Part shown: piece after piece, positions 28,170 to 38,980 of the stretch
Position numbering within the stretch: position 1 is the first letter of the stretch
How the letters are laid out: each line of letters starts with the position of its first letter
IMG/VR virus record: IMGVR_UViG_3300031688_000009
Coordinates: 2,454-66,453 of that record
DNA: 64,000 nucleotides
DNA from: a virus
Direction: 5' to 3' (one strand)
Program-made: the position numbers and the translations under genes
The notes under the pieces: model-generated
Database searches by the model: none
Seen by the model: the letters and a program-made list of their open reading frames with translations, nothing else
Told to the model about the DNA's origin: nothing

Positions 28170-31100
28170 ATGTCAAATCTAAGTTTTACAAATACAGAGA
28201 TAATTAGAAAACAACTTCTAATTAGAAACCTATCTGACTCTTATGGGTATAGTGCGACGTTGCCTAAAAATTTTACGGACGGAGACTATTCAGTACAAAA
28301 TACTAGTAATTTATCAGTTACCCCACAATTAGATGTTGTTGAGGTAGGGTCGGGAATACAACCTGCGGTGTCGGGGTTAAACATTTACGGACCCGAAGAA
28401 TACGCATTTCATAGTGTGTCGAGTGTGATTAACGGATTGGGAACTACTTTAAATTATTTCGATAGTTTTACTATTAGTTCTAATGTTGGTGGTTTAATTT
28501 CGATAGTGAGTGATGGTGCCGAAACCGCTGAGGGGGATAGTACCATGGTTAGAATTGCGAGAGCGGAACTACAGGGGTTGGTGTTAGAAACTATGGGTGT
28601 TAAACTAAAGAGTTCTACGTTGGGTAGAATTAATGTGTTGGAGGCATTTAGTAATCCTGATACTGCGATGGGACTATTAACTGGTAGGGAACCACTTATT
28701 GAGAGAGATTATCAAATCACGGTGCCGGGTAGTCCAATTACTAGAGCTGCGGAATACATCGGGAGAGTTTCAGGTGTTGAATTGCCCGTATCATACATAC
28801 CGGGAGAGTTCTTCGAGAGTAATGTTGAGAAAGGTGGTGTTGAGAAATTTATAGATAAGGCAAAAGAACTTACGGGTAAAATCTTAAATTTAGATTTTAG
28901 TAGTGGTAAAAAAACATATAGTCAGAAGTTACTACAATATACTTCAGGAGGACAAAAATCGAGATTATTTAAATCGGTAAATTATAACAAATACCAACCA
29001 AACTTTGACTCTTCGACAGACGGAGTGGTCAATAAAGCAATTGGATTTGTACAAGGACTAATCGGGTTAGACCCACCAGACGGAAAATTCTACATAGGGA
29101 GTGATACGGTGGACCCTGGGACGTTATTTACGTTCGACAGTAAGTCTACATCGGAAAAGGGATATATGGTCTCAGGACCGTCCCGAATGGTTAAAGAATT
29201 TGAGGGTATCACACCTTTAAACACTTACCCTGAAAATGGTAGGAATTATTTAAATGGAACTAGTCCGTTGAATGTTGAGACTCAGTTCGTATGGATTGGT
29301 GGTTTAGATGAGGTTCGTGGTGAGATTAATGGTGTTGGGGTACAATCAAATGAGAAGACCTTACCGCCGAATGGTATATTATCTAAGACTCAGGATATCA
29401 TTGATGATGCTGAGAAACTAACGGGTAATGAAAAACTTAGTCACCCAGGTCATATTATCAGTAACGTATCACACAAGTACTACGATGGTTACAAAGAAAT
29501 TTCTAAAGGTAATGCCGTTAGAAATGAGGACGATGAATTTTGTCGTGTATGGACCAAAGACCACGGGTATGACAGGTTCGGTAGACTAGTAAGACACAAA
29601 GGAATACAAACCACAGGGAGAGTAGTTCCGGGGTCTGTAATCTCCGACCAAATGAATTTAAATATTGGACCAACTAAAGATGAGAACGGAAAACCGTTAA
29701 ATTTTGGGTTCGATAAGGATTCGGGAAAAAACAAAACAAAATATATGTTCTCTATCGAGAACTTAGCATGGGCTGGTTCATCAAAAATTAAAGAGAGACC
29801 TTTATGTGAGCAAGGACCTAATGACGGTAGGATTATGTGGTTTCCACCATATGACTTAAAATATACGGACGATAATAGGGCGAATTGGACTTCACATACA
29901 TTTTTGGGGAGACCTGAACCAATATATACGTATAATAACTCTGAGAGAACAGGGACACTATCATTTAAGGTGGTAGTTGACCACCCTTCGATTTTTAATT
30001 TAATTCGTAGAGAAAACTCTAAAAATGTTAGTAATGTTAAGAAACAGGAATTAATTGATGCGTTTGTTGCTGGGTGTAAAGATTATGATATATATGACTT
30101 AGCGACTAAATTTACGACTTTAGATTATAAGGAGTTGGTGTCGTTAGAACAATTTTTAACTGCAAATACTAGTGGAACTCTTAAGTCAGATACGTCAGAT
30201 ACGACGACGAGTAAGTCTCCGGACGTTGTAAATACTACGATAATAGTACCTGAATTTGGTAAACAACCTAAAAAGTTACAACTATATTGGTTTAATGATG
30301 TTCCGGGACCTAATAATGCGACTACAGTTATCCCTAATAGTGAGTTTGAAAATGACTTAGACGAATATCTAAGTTTGTTTACTGGTGGAGACTATCAAGA
30401 GAAGGCGTTGAAGATTATTGATTCTGACTTAGATAACGTAATGTGGGGTGATACGGACATCGCAATTGGGGATGGTTTATCTGAATTTAAATCGAAGTTA
30501 GAGAGTATTAAAAACAGTACGGTAGAACTAAAAACATCGGTAACCAAAACTTTAGCTCAGAATGAGTTGTTTAAGTTTGTAATTACGATTAAAGCTACTA
30601 CTTCAGAGGTGGCATCCCAATCATATAACAACGCATTGGCGAAAAGACGAGCAGAGTCACTTAAAAAATACTTACTCGATGATGGTAAGTACGATGAAAA
30701 AAGAATAACAATTGAATCGGTAGAAACTATTGGGGAGAACCCAGACTTTACAGGTTTTAAATGTAACGAACCACAAGATAATAAAAATGATGGGGTAGAC
30801 GAAAGAATTTATTCTAAATCGGCAACCTATTGTAGAACCGCTACGGCAACTATTAGTGTTATTGGGGACCCTACTGAAAAGGAGATTGTTGTTGGTCAGA
30901 CGATTAAAAATACTGATTACAATAAAAAATTTAGTGAGGTTAGTACTACTGATGATTTCAGTCCGATTGACTTACTATTGAAGACAATGCATAGTGAGTG
31001 TGATTATTTCAGATTACTGAAAGAGGAAGACCCGATAGTACATGATAATTTAATGGATAAGTTAAAGTACTTCCAACCAGCATTTCACTCTACAACCCCT

Positions 31101-32708
31101 GAAGGGTTAAATAAGAGATTAACGTTTCTACAACAATGTTTAAGACCCGGTGAAACGATTAAGGTATATGATGAAGGTGGTGAGGAGGTACCAGGGATTT
31201 CATCAAATACGTCATTTGGTAAACCGCCAATATCGGTATTAAGAATTGGGGATTTTTACCATAGTAAAATAGTAATTGATAATGTAAATATATCATATGA
31301 CGAAAACTTAATGGATATGAATCCGGAAGGTATTGGAATGCAACCTATGATTGCTTCGGTTAATATGGGTATAAAATTTATTGGAGGACAAGGCATTTCA
31401 AATGTAATCGATGAGTTACAAAATGCGTTATCGTTTAATTATTATGCAAATACTGAGGTGTATGATGACATGGCAACCAAAACTGAAGGTGGAAGGGATA
31501 GTGAGAAAATGGATAAATTGGCTAAGAGTATTAATAAAAATATTACGGATTCGTTTGTTGAAACACTTAACGACCCTGAAGTATCTAAAGATGAGGACCA
31601 GTTCTGGGGTAATCTTGTGGGTGATGAGGACAGTGACTTAATTCAGTATAACCAATTTTATAATGAATTTGCTGAGGATGTTAATTCATATGTTAATACA
31701 TTAACTAATGAGGTTGAGACCTTATATGATACTCACGGATATACTGCGGTCTCTACGGTTCTTAACCCTAACGGTAAATTTTGGACTAAAACCATCGTAA
31801 GCGTTTCACCATCGGATGAGGTGGAGATTCCATTTATGGGTAGGACGACCGACGACTATAATGTATTATATACCAACCTAATGAAGAAGGTATTGGAGTA
31901 TGTTGATTTTGTTGAGGATGAGGACTTTTATCATATGTCGTTAAATCCGATATATGTTAGTATTAGAAATAAAGGTTTCAATTTTAATGATAAGAGAAAG
32001 GAAGAATTACAATCGATATTATATGATTTCACAGGTAAGGTTGATGAATATTTTAAAGACTTCGGTTCGAGTTTAAATGATATCGTTGAAAAAGTAAGAG
32101 AGAGTCAAACGAAATTACAAAAATCATTGGACATCTTAAATATTATTTTAGGGAGTGAGATTGATGGTTATATTAAGGGAATCCCTAAGGAGACTACGGT
32201 TAAATATTTAAATAACTTGACGGTAAATAATGGTGACTTAGGTGGTGATGTTAAAAAGGTATTGAATAGTCTTAGTGAATATAACGAGTTTATGTTAGGG
32301 GGGTTTGAAGATAACGTTACATTTAAGGATGTGTCGGAAAACTATAATGAATCGGTGGAATTTTTCTACCTTAATATGGTTCCAAAATTCCTAATTGACG
32401 ATATCTTTGACATTAACATTGAAATACTGAATAATCCGGAATATAAAGATTTTAATCAGGATTTAGTTCGTAAAATTTGTGATGAATTGGAAATTATGAT
32501 TACGGATGAGATAGAGTTTGAGACGCCGTTTATGGTGTGGGATAAACTTGGACCTACGACCGTTATTTATGATTATAAAATGACTGAAACGACCGACCCG
32601 GGGAATGCAACTAAAATTGAGGACTTCTACAATGCGAATTCGAATCCTCAGAATGAGTTGTCTGACTTTTCATGGGTGAAGGTAAATACAAACCACACTA
32701 ACAACTAA
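28170..32708 (+). CDS. Large baseplate/tail-tube-initiator protein with an inserted OmpA-like domain
   Basis: W...TFLGRPEPIYTYNNSERTGTLSF and PP..VLRIGD segments of tube-initiator type flank TSEVASQSYNNALAKRRAESLKKYL (OmpA C-terminal-like). Confidence 0.6.
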   Translation: MSNLSFTNTEIIRKQLLIRNLSDSYGYSATLPKNFTDGDYSVQNTSNLSVTPQLDVVEVGSGIQPAVSGLNIYGPEEYAFHSVSSVINGLGTTLNYFDSFTISSNVGGLISIVSDGAETAEGDSTMVRIARAELQGLVLETMGVKLKSSTLGRINVLEAFSNPDTAMGLLTGREPLIERDYQITVPGSPITRAAEYIGRVSGVELPVSYIPGEFFESNVEKGGVEKFIDKAKELTGKILNLDFSSGKKTYSQKLLQYTSGGQKSRLFKSVNYNKYQPNFDSSTDGVVNKAIGFVQGLIGLDPPDGKFYIGSDTVDPGTLFTFDSKSTSEKGYMVSGPSRMVKEFEGITPLNTYPENGRNYLNGTSPLNVETQFVWIGGLDEVRGEINGVGVQSNEKTLPPNGILSKTQDIIDDAEKLTGNEKLSHPGHIISNVSHKYYDGYKEISKGNAVRNEDDEFCRVWTKDHGYDRFGRLVRHKGIQTTGRVVPGSVISDQMNLNIGPTKDENGKPLNFGFDKDSGKNKTKYMFSIENLAWAGSSKIKERPLCEQGPNDGRIMWFPPYDLKYTDDNRANWTSHTFLGRPEPIYTYNNSERTGTLSFKVVVDHPSIFNLIRRENSKNVSNVKKQELIDAFVAGCKDYDIYDLATKFTTLDYKELVSLEQFLTANTSGTLKSDTSDTTTSKSPDVVNTTIIVPEFGKQPKKLQLYWFNDVPGPNNATTVIPNSEFENDLDEYLSLFTGGDYQEKALKIIDSDLDNVMWGDTDIAIGDGLSEFKSKLESIKNSTVELKTSVTKTLAQNELFKFVITIKATTSEVASQSYNNALAKRRAESLKKYLLDDGKYDEKRITIESVETIGENPDFTGFKCNEPQDNKNDGVDERIYSKSATYCRTATATISVIGDPTEKEIVVGQTIKNTDYNKKFSEVSTTDDFSPIDLLLKTMHSECDYFRLLKEEDPIVHDNLMDKLKYFQPAFHSTTPEGLNKRLTFLQQCLRPGETIKVYDEGGEEVPGISSNTSFGKPPISVLRIGDFYHSKIVIDNVNISYDENLMDMNPEGIGMQPMIASVNMGIKFIGGQGISNVIDELQNALSFNYYANTEVYDDMATKTEGGRDSEKMDKLAKSINKNITDSFVETLNDPEVSKDEDQFWGNLVGDEDSDLIQYNQFYNEFAEDVNSYVNTLTNEVETLYDTHGYTAVSTVLNPNGKFWTKTIVSVSPSDEVEIPFMGRTTDDYNVLYTNLMKKVLEYVDFVEDEDFYHMSLNPIYVSIRNKGFNFNDKRKEELQSILYDFTGKVDEYFKDFGSSLNDIVEKVRESQTKLQKSLDILNIILGSEIDGYIKGIPKETTVKYLNNLTVNNGDLGGDVKKVLNSLSEYNEFMLGGFEDNVTFKDVSENYNESVEFFYLNMVPKFLIDDIFDINIEILNNPEYKDFNQDLVRKICDELEIMITDEIEFETPFMVWDKLGPTTVIYDYKMTETTDPGNATKIEDFYNANSNPQNELSDFSWVKVNTNHTNN

Positions 32709-32712
32709 GAAT

Positions 32713-33030
32713 ATGCAATACTACGATAGATATAGTGATTTAAATGAAAATGGGGAACATAAGATAGTTCCTGGCATTGTTCTTACGAAAAAGAGTAGTG
32801 ATATTGTCGTGAAATATAAAAGAAATGTTTCAAGATTAGATAAATTCTCTCAACAATATTATGGGACACCATTCTTTGGATGGTTGATATTACAGGCGAA
32901 CCCACAAATTGGTGGGTTAGAGTGGAATATTCCTGATGGTTCGACTATAATTGTACCATTCCCTCTTATGTCAACACTTGAGGAATATAAATCTAAAGTG
33001 GACGATTATCATTACTATTATGGCAGATAA
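32713..33030 (+). CDS. Baseplate wedge protein, gp53/LysM-like
   Basis: RLDKFSQQYYGTPFFGWLILQANP...IPDG.TIIVP. Confidence 0.75.
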   Translation: MQYYDRYSDLNENGEHKIVPGIVLTKKSSDIVVKYKRNVSRLDKFSQQYYGTPFFGWLILQANPQIGGLEWNIPDGSTIIVPFPLMSTLEEYKSKVDDYHYYYGR

Positions 33031-36000
33031 CATATCAAACAAAAAAGGACAAACAATACACGTTCAAACAGAGGAGGGAAATTTAGTCGTTATCGACCCA
33101 AATAAGACTGACTCAGTTGATGGGGTAACCTCTGACAGGTATGTCTCACAAGAGGACCTTATTTATTTTGTTAATTTAGAGGCGGATGTATCCCCTCGAA
33201 GTGTTTTAGATTTAGGGGCAACAATTAACCCTAACAGGAAAACAGTAGCGTCGGGAACGGTAAATTATTTAGGACCCAATAACGGTAAGTCTATGGATAC
33301 TAGATGGACTGAAGATTTTACGCAGTCAACTAGTAATAATAATGTTGACGGACCTGTCAATACTAAAACGGTTATTAATGAGTCTGACACCCCAAATTCT
33401 GTGGGTTATGAGAACTATGATTATAAATTAGATAACGTATATAATACACAACTTTTAGGGATTAAGGATGTTCAGATAAAAACGCAACCAGATAATTTAA
33501 AAACTTCAGTCATAACAATTAGGATGGTTGACATTAGAGGTAAGGCACTTTTTGAAAAGGGACCGGCATCAATATATTCGACGTTTTTTCATTTACCGTA
33601 TCCGATATTTACATTAACAGTTAAAGGGTTTTATGGTGAGGCGGTAACCTATAGTCTGATTTTGTCTAATGCGGTTAAAGTACAATTTGAAACGGATGGT
33701 GATTATTATATTACGGCTACGTTTATGGCGACTAACCAAAAACTATTAAACGATATTAGATTATCAGACGCGATAGTGGCCCCATACCTATATGAAAAAA
33801 AGACAATTAGGGAAGGTAATGACGGAGCTCTAAGTGTTTGTAAAAACACTATGGGGTACGATATATTACAGACTATTTACTCGGAATATGTGAGTGATGG
33901 GTTGGTGAGTCCGATACTGGCCGAAAAGCCGATGACAATACCACACCTAATGGAGTATGTAAACCAATTGGATATAAAATTAGAAAATAATTTATTCGCG
34001 GAGAAAGACATTTCTTTTTTCTCTGAGATTACTAAATATGGTCACCTACTAAAGACCTTAAGTACTGCGGTTACGGAGTGGTTTAGGACATATACTAACG
34101 TAGGGAATCCAGTGCCAATTCTTGGTACAAACGATAGTTACGTAATTTTCAAAAAAGAATATTTAGACGGTATCGATAGGAAAGATAAAGTTGATGTATT
34201 GACAGGAGACCGTAACGACACCCTTAAAACTATTTTTGATGGGTTCAAAAAGAAATTAGGGGAAGTTAAATATTTTGGAAAGGGTCCGAATACGATAACA
34301 TTAGAAAACGGAACTAAAGGTAAATCTAAATCGGGGGATGAAATAAGTTTTAACCCGCCAAATCTTTCTAATTTAATTTTCAACGATTTCTATTTTGGTA
34401 ATGAGAAGAAACGACAAATGCAGATTTATCAATTTGAGGGTAAAGTGGAGAAATTACTTGAAGAGTATAATTCAGAATTTAGTAGTATAAAAGATAAGGT
34501 ACAGTCGATTTTAGAGAAAACACAGGAAGAGACGTTAGGGTTTAAACCGACATTAAAGAATGTGATGGGAATTATTTTAGCAAACACGGAATGTTTTTTA
34601 AGGGTAATGGATGAGACTCATAGGTTAGCGTATAGTCAGAGGACTGATAAGTCGAGAATTAATACGGTTAAGTCAATACCTGAAAACCCTGATAATGTAA
34701 ACGATAATGTATATCCATTCCCGACAGTATATGGGAAAAACAAAAAGGGGGTTACCGAACAAGTATACCCAGGGGACCCTAAGATTAAGCATCTTACTAA
34801 AGGTGCTGACTTGACGGTTTGGCCTGAGGTTAAATTAGTCAATGAATACTTAGAGGTCTTGTTGGAGATTAACGATAATTCTGCAGGTGAATTATGTACC
34901 TCGGCGATTGAGGAGTTGGTAGGTACCAACTTAAAGGAAGATAAAAACATAAACATTTTCTCATCTGATGTAACACTTAATGATTCGATTTATTCGGATG
35001 CTGAGTTTACTAAGATAACGTATGGGATTTATAATAGAATAATATATTCGGTATTTGGGACTGGGTTTTCAATAGATACGATTAAGTCGTTAGCTAAGGA
35101 AGACGCTAAGAACGTAACGAAAATAATAAATAGGTTGAATAGTGGTCGAAAATTATTCACTAATGAGACGACTTTCTTTAGTCAGTTATTTAATGAAAAT
35201 TTCTTACAAAAGGATACCTCACTTATTGAGGAAGCGAAGGAAAATAGATTGACTAAGTCATCAGAAAAAACTTTGGAGGACGAGAACTCGTTTAGAGTTA
35301 TAAGTGATGGGGGTTCGGGTAAATCAATCGAAGACGGAGATAAGGTTTTCAAAAAAGAATTTAAAAGTTACGTTACGAACGGATTTGAACCATACCCTTT
35401 CACTGATAGTGATTGGGTTAGTAATAATTTGGAGTATGGTAACAATGTTTTTAATAGGTCTAAGAGTTACGAGTTTAATACTGACTATAATTATCCAACA
35501 TCTACGGGTGGTGAAGATGAGATTAGTTTAATAACTTACTACGACCCATTACTAACCCCAGGGTTTGTTACTACGGATAACTTAATCGCGAGAGCGTATT
35601 GGTTATTACAAACACAAAAAACGAAATCACTATTGGATGTTTATTCTGATGAAGGAGTTAAAGAAAATTACTTTGCGAGGTTTTTAGGTGGGGATATTAA
35701 GGAAATTTCGAAACTACAAATGTTAAAGTGGGGTTCGGCGTGGTATAGGTATACTCAGAATAAAATTGATGGGGTGGACATTATGAGTGAGATATGGAAA
35801 GATTTAGATATCTCACAATACAACGGTCTTGGTCTATCGATTAGTGGGGATGACAATACATTTGTGTTTGATAAAAACGCGAATCGTTTCGATGTTGGAT
35901 TCTACCCGGAACTTAACGCTAAGATTTTAAGTGGTCTGTTAGGTGAGGAAATTGAAGTGTCTGACTTACAGGGGTTAATTGATAGTGGGTCCCTTATTAT

Positions 36001-38728
36001 TAAAAAGGGTGCTCCGATTAAGATAATTCCTGACGTGATTGACGATACTACCGTTTTTAGATATATCTCTCCGTGGAAATCATATTTCACTGGAAGGGAC
36101 GATAACGGGGATTTCATGTATGTTAATTTACCCTCATTTGTTGAGCACTTAACGGATAAAATTGATACGATTAAAGAGGATGAGGTCCACTTGATTATCA
36201 ACGCATCGATTAATCAGTCGTGGGATGATAGTATTAATGTTGTTAGGATGAGTAGTCTTGAATGGAACAACCCTTCGATGATACCGTCATCGGATAAGTT
36301 CATATTTGATAAGGATGGGGAATTTACGGGTGAATCTATTGAGTCACTAAGTTCGCTATTTAGTTATCAATCATTGGAGAAATTTAAAGATATGTTTTTA
36401 GACTTTTCTAGGTCTAAGGATGAAATTGTGGTGGGGGAAATAGTTGCGGAGGACCTATACGGGAACCTAATAAGTGTTGAAAATGTAGGGTACTCAAGTG
36501 ATAACGGAGAAAGTATAAAGGATATTGGTTTAGATGTAACTGAAATGGTTTCGTTTGATAAGTCAATTAATGTTGAGTATTCGATTATATCGTCATTAAC
36601 TAATACTAATATTAGTAGTGGAATAAAGACAGACCCATATGTGGGGATAGATTATACCCTGTTTGATGTGATTAACGGACCACTTTCCAACGGTAGTGTT
36701 AACATTAAAAGAAGGTTTTTCTTCGAGTTAATGGATATAGACGCTAGTGAGGATAACATGATAAAATACAAGGGTATCGTGTCGGTTTTTGCTCAGTGGG
36801 TAAAAGATTTAGATGTATCGACAATCGACGGAGATACGTTCAAGTCGTACCTAACCAGTACCGTAATGTTAGGTGTTGTGGATAAGTTAGATACCTATAC
36901 CGAAACTATGTTTACATACCTTAAGGGTAGTGTTGTGATTGATGGGGAGACTGAGGAAATAGCAAAAACAAATAAGTCCTTAGGGGATAATTATGACGTA
37001 CATAATTCTATCTATAGGTCATTGAAAAATATAAACGACGCTTGGATTGGTGGTCGTATGAGTTGGAAGAAAACTAACTTAGCGAAATTATTCAAATATC
37101 TTAATTATCATAACGAACCGATAGGAGATGATTTTATAATGGACGTCAGGATAATCAAAGACCATTTTGAGTCAATGAAAAAGGGTAAGAGTATCGGTAG
37201 TTTCATTTCTATGTTACTGAAAGGTAATTCACTATCGGAACCGATTTCTATGGGGGCTAGTACGAATTACTTTGGTAATTTAGTGAGTAGTGACGATAAG
37301 ATTAAAGACGCGGGTAAAGTAGCTGAGAGTATCTTTGGTGTTCACACTAAAGTTAAGTCCAACTCACTACCTGGGTTCGTAGTTTATTTTAGGTCACACT
37401 CTTCTGAGTATCTAAAGATTAAGAAGTCCAATTTTGGGTATCGTGATGATGGTGTGGATTTAGCGTCAGGTAAGAAAAATGCATTATCAAGTCAGGTACT
37501 GACGAAGAAGAGGATTACTGAGGGTAATCGAGGTATTAGTTTCAACGTCGACTTTGGGGTTCAAAATCAAAATATGTTTACCGATTTTTCGATACAATCA
37601 CATGATGGTGCGAAGTCGGGTGAGGAGTTAATCGTGGTTGAAAATTTAGCAAACCAAAATAATGGGGCGTCTACGACTACTATCGCAACTAACTTAATGG
37701 AGTTGATGAAGACTAGGGTTTACTCGTGTACCATTAAATCTATGGGTAATGTAATGATACAACCTTTTATGTATTTTAATTTGAGATTCATACCGATTTA
37801 CTCTGGGTCTTATATTATATTGTCAGTTGAACATTCAATGTCTCCGGACACTGGTATGGTAACGACTTTTACAGGGGTTAGAATATCGGAGGTTGGATTA
37901 GGTAGTCTTAATAACGCGATGGTTAAGGCTAATGTGTCCTTATTAGAAAGTTTAATTAAGAAGTTAAATAATAAGGTACAAACCCTTAAATCCGCTAAGG
38001 ACCTACCACAATACTCTGGTGATACGAACGAACAAGGAGGGGTTAACGAGGCGATTACTAAACAAGGTAATTGTAAACTATCGAGTCGATGGAAAGAACT
38101 TGAGTTATACCAAATTAAGAACACGTCGACGACTAAGTCAAATAAAGAAATGGTTGACTATTCGATATTAGCGGTCCAAGGGTTAGATTTAACTAATGAG
38201 GGAAAAGAAAACTTAGCGAGATACGTATTCTCTGTTGTTAAAAGAGAGCAGGGTAGGGGTAACGGAGCTAGATTCTATCATGATAATCCATTTGGTTATC
38301 ACGTAGATAATGGGAGTACACAAGCATTTAAGAAAAATGTTAAGGGGTATTTTTGTCCTATGGTTAGTGATGGGTATAAAAGGGCTACGGCGTTATTCCA
38401 CAACCCAAATACGGAGAGTGTTGATATTGGAATCCCGAGAGCATTAAACTCTTTTGCGATTGATATGAAATCTAGAGGTGAGAACTTTTTTAATGACAGT
38501 TCATTTTGGGATACTGACAATGCTGGTTCCGAGACATACTTAGCGTCTTTATGGGCGTTCAGATGGAACACGTCATACAAAGCAATTAAAAGTGGGGGTC
38601 GTAAAGGGGTGTTAATCACCGACTTCACAAATGGAGAGGTTAAATACAAGGGAGGTAAAACTAAAAAGTACCAAAGTAGTATAAAAAGTTTTAAATCGTT
38701 CATGGGAATCTTTAATAGATTAAAATAA
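33020..38728 (+). CDS. Very large baseplate hub protein (gp27-like) with a possible C-terminal lytic domain
   Basis: LGIKDVQI..ITIRMVDIRG and YSCTIKSMGNVMIQPFMYF...YSGSYIILSVEHSM...TTFTGVR hub-type segments; start MADNIS at 33020 overlaps the gp53-like stop. Confidence 0.6.
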   Translation: MADNISNKKGQTIHVQTEEGNLVVIDPNKTDSVDGVTSDRYVSQEDLIYFVNLEADVSPRSVLDLGATINPNRKTVASGTVNYLGPNNGKSMDTRWTEDFTQSTSNNNVDGPVNTKTVINESDTPNSVGYENYDYKLDNVYNTQLLGIKDVQIKTQPDNLKTSVITIRMVDIRGKALFEKGPASIYSTFFHLPYPIFTLTVKGFYGEAVTYSLILSNAVKVQFETDGDYYITATFMATNQKLLNDIRLSDAIVAPYLYEKKTIREGNDGALSVCKNTMGYDILQTIYSEYVSDGLVSPILAEKPMTIPHLMEYVNQLDIKLENNLFAEKDISFFSEITKYGHLLKTLSTAVTEWFRTYTNVGNPVPILGTNDSYVIFKKEYLDGIDRKDKVDVLTGDRNDTLKTIFDGFKKKLGEVKYFGKGPNTITLENGTKGKSKSGDEISFNPPNLSNLIFNDFYFGNEKKRQMQIYQFEGKVEKLLEEYNSEFSSIKDKVQSILEKTQEETLGFKPTLKNVMGIILANTECFLRVMDETHRLAYSQRTDKSRINTVKSIPENPDNVNDNVYPFPTVYGKNKKGVTEQVYPGDPKIKHLTKGADLTVWPEVKLVNEYLEVLLEINDNSAGELCTSAIEELVGTNLKEDKNINIFSSDVTLNDSIYSDAEFTKITYGIYNRIIYSVFGTGFSIDTIKSLAKEDAKNVTKIINRLNSGRKLFTNETTFFSQLFNENFLQKDTSLIEEAKENRLTKSSEKTLEDENSFRVISDGGSGKSIEDGDKVFKKEFKSYVTNGFEPYPFTDSDWVSNNLEYGNNVFNRSKSYEFNTDYNYPTSTGGEDEISLITYYDPLLTPGFVTTDNLIARAYWLLQTQKTKSLLDVYSDEGVKENYFARFLGGDIKEISKLQMLKWGSAWYRYTQNKIDGVDIMSEIWKDLDISQYNGLGLSISGDDNTFVFDKNANRFDVGFYPELNAKILSGLLGEEIEVSDLQGLIDSGSLIIKKGAPIKIIPDVIDDTTVFRYISPWKSYFTGRDDNGDFMYVNLPSFVEHLTDKIDTIKEDEVHLIINASINQSWDDSINVVRMSSLEWNNPSMIPSSDKFIFDKDGEFTGESIESLSSLFSYQSLEKFKDMFLDFSRSKDEIVVGEIVAEDLYGNLISVENVGYSSDNGESIKDIGLDVTEMVSFDKSINVEYSIISSLTNTNISSGIKTDPYVGIDYTLFDVINGPLSNGSVNIKRRFFFELMDIDASEDNMIKYKGIVSVFAQWVKDLDVSTIDGDTFKSYLTSTVMLGVVDKLDTYTETMFTYLKGSVVIDGETEEIAKTNKSLGDNYDVHNSIYRSLKNINDAWIGGRMSWKKTNLAKLFKYLNYHNEPIGDDFIMDVRIIKDHFESMKKGKSIGSFISMLLKGNSLSEPISMGASTNYFGNLVSSDDKIKDAGKVAESIFGVHTKVKSNSLPGFVVYFRSHSSEYLKIKKSNFGYRDDGVDLASGKKNALSSQVLTKKRITEGNRGISFNVDFGVQNQNMFTDFSIQSHDGAKSGEELIVVENLANQNNGASTTTIATNLMELMKTRVYSCTIKSMGNVMIQPFMYFNLRFIPIYSGSYIILSVEHSMSPDTGMVTTFTGVRISEVGLGSLNNAMVKANVSLLESLIKKLNNKVQTLKSAKDLPQYSGDTNEQGGVNEAITKQGNCKLSSRWKELELYQIKNTSTTKSNKEMVDYSILAVQGLDLTNEGKENLARYVFSVVKREQGRGNGARFYHDNPFGYHVDNGSTQAFKKNVKGYFCPMVSDGYKRATALFHNPNTESVDIGIPRALNSFAIDMKSRGENFFNDSSFWDTDNAGSETYLASLWAFRWNTSYKAIKSGGRKGVLITDFTNGEVKYKGGKTKKYQSSIKSFKSFMGIFNRLK

Positions 38729-38750
38729 CTAACATTTCATTGTTAGACTA

Positions 38751-38758
38751 TATTTATA
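38751..38758 (+). promoter_or_regulatory. Putative late promoter TATTTATA
   Basis: 13 nt upstream of ATG 38772. Confidence 0.6.
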
Positions 38759-38771
38759 TGTAAACCAAGTT

Positions 38772-38969
38772 ATGGAAAATAATAAATTACAAAACGCGTT
38801 AAATCAGTTTTTAGGTAAGAATGTTGTCGTAGAAGACAAAGGGGAATACCAAGAAGTATGTGACCTACAAACTGGTGATTGTTATACGATAAGGACTAAA
38901 GACGGTCTAATCGAAAGATTAGATAAGAAGTTCGTAACGGAAGACGGAAGAACATTATTAAGAGGTTAA
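38772..38969 (+). CDS. Small hypothetical protein
   Basis: 65 aa, VCDLQTGDC...DGLIER...TEDGRTLL; first gene after a late motif. Confidence 0.65.
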   Translation: MENNKLQNALNQFLGKNVVVEDKGEYQEVCDLQTGDCYTIRTKDGLIERLDKKFVTEDGRTLLRG

Positions 38970-38980
38970 ACCTTATTCTT

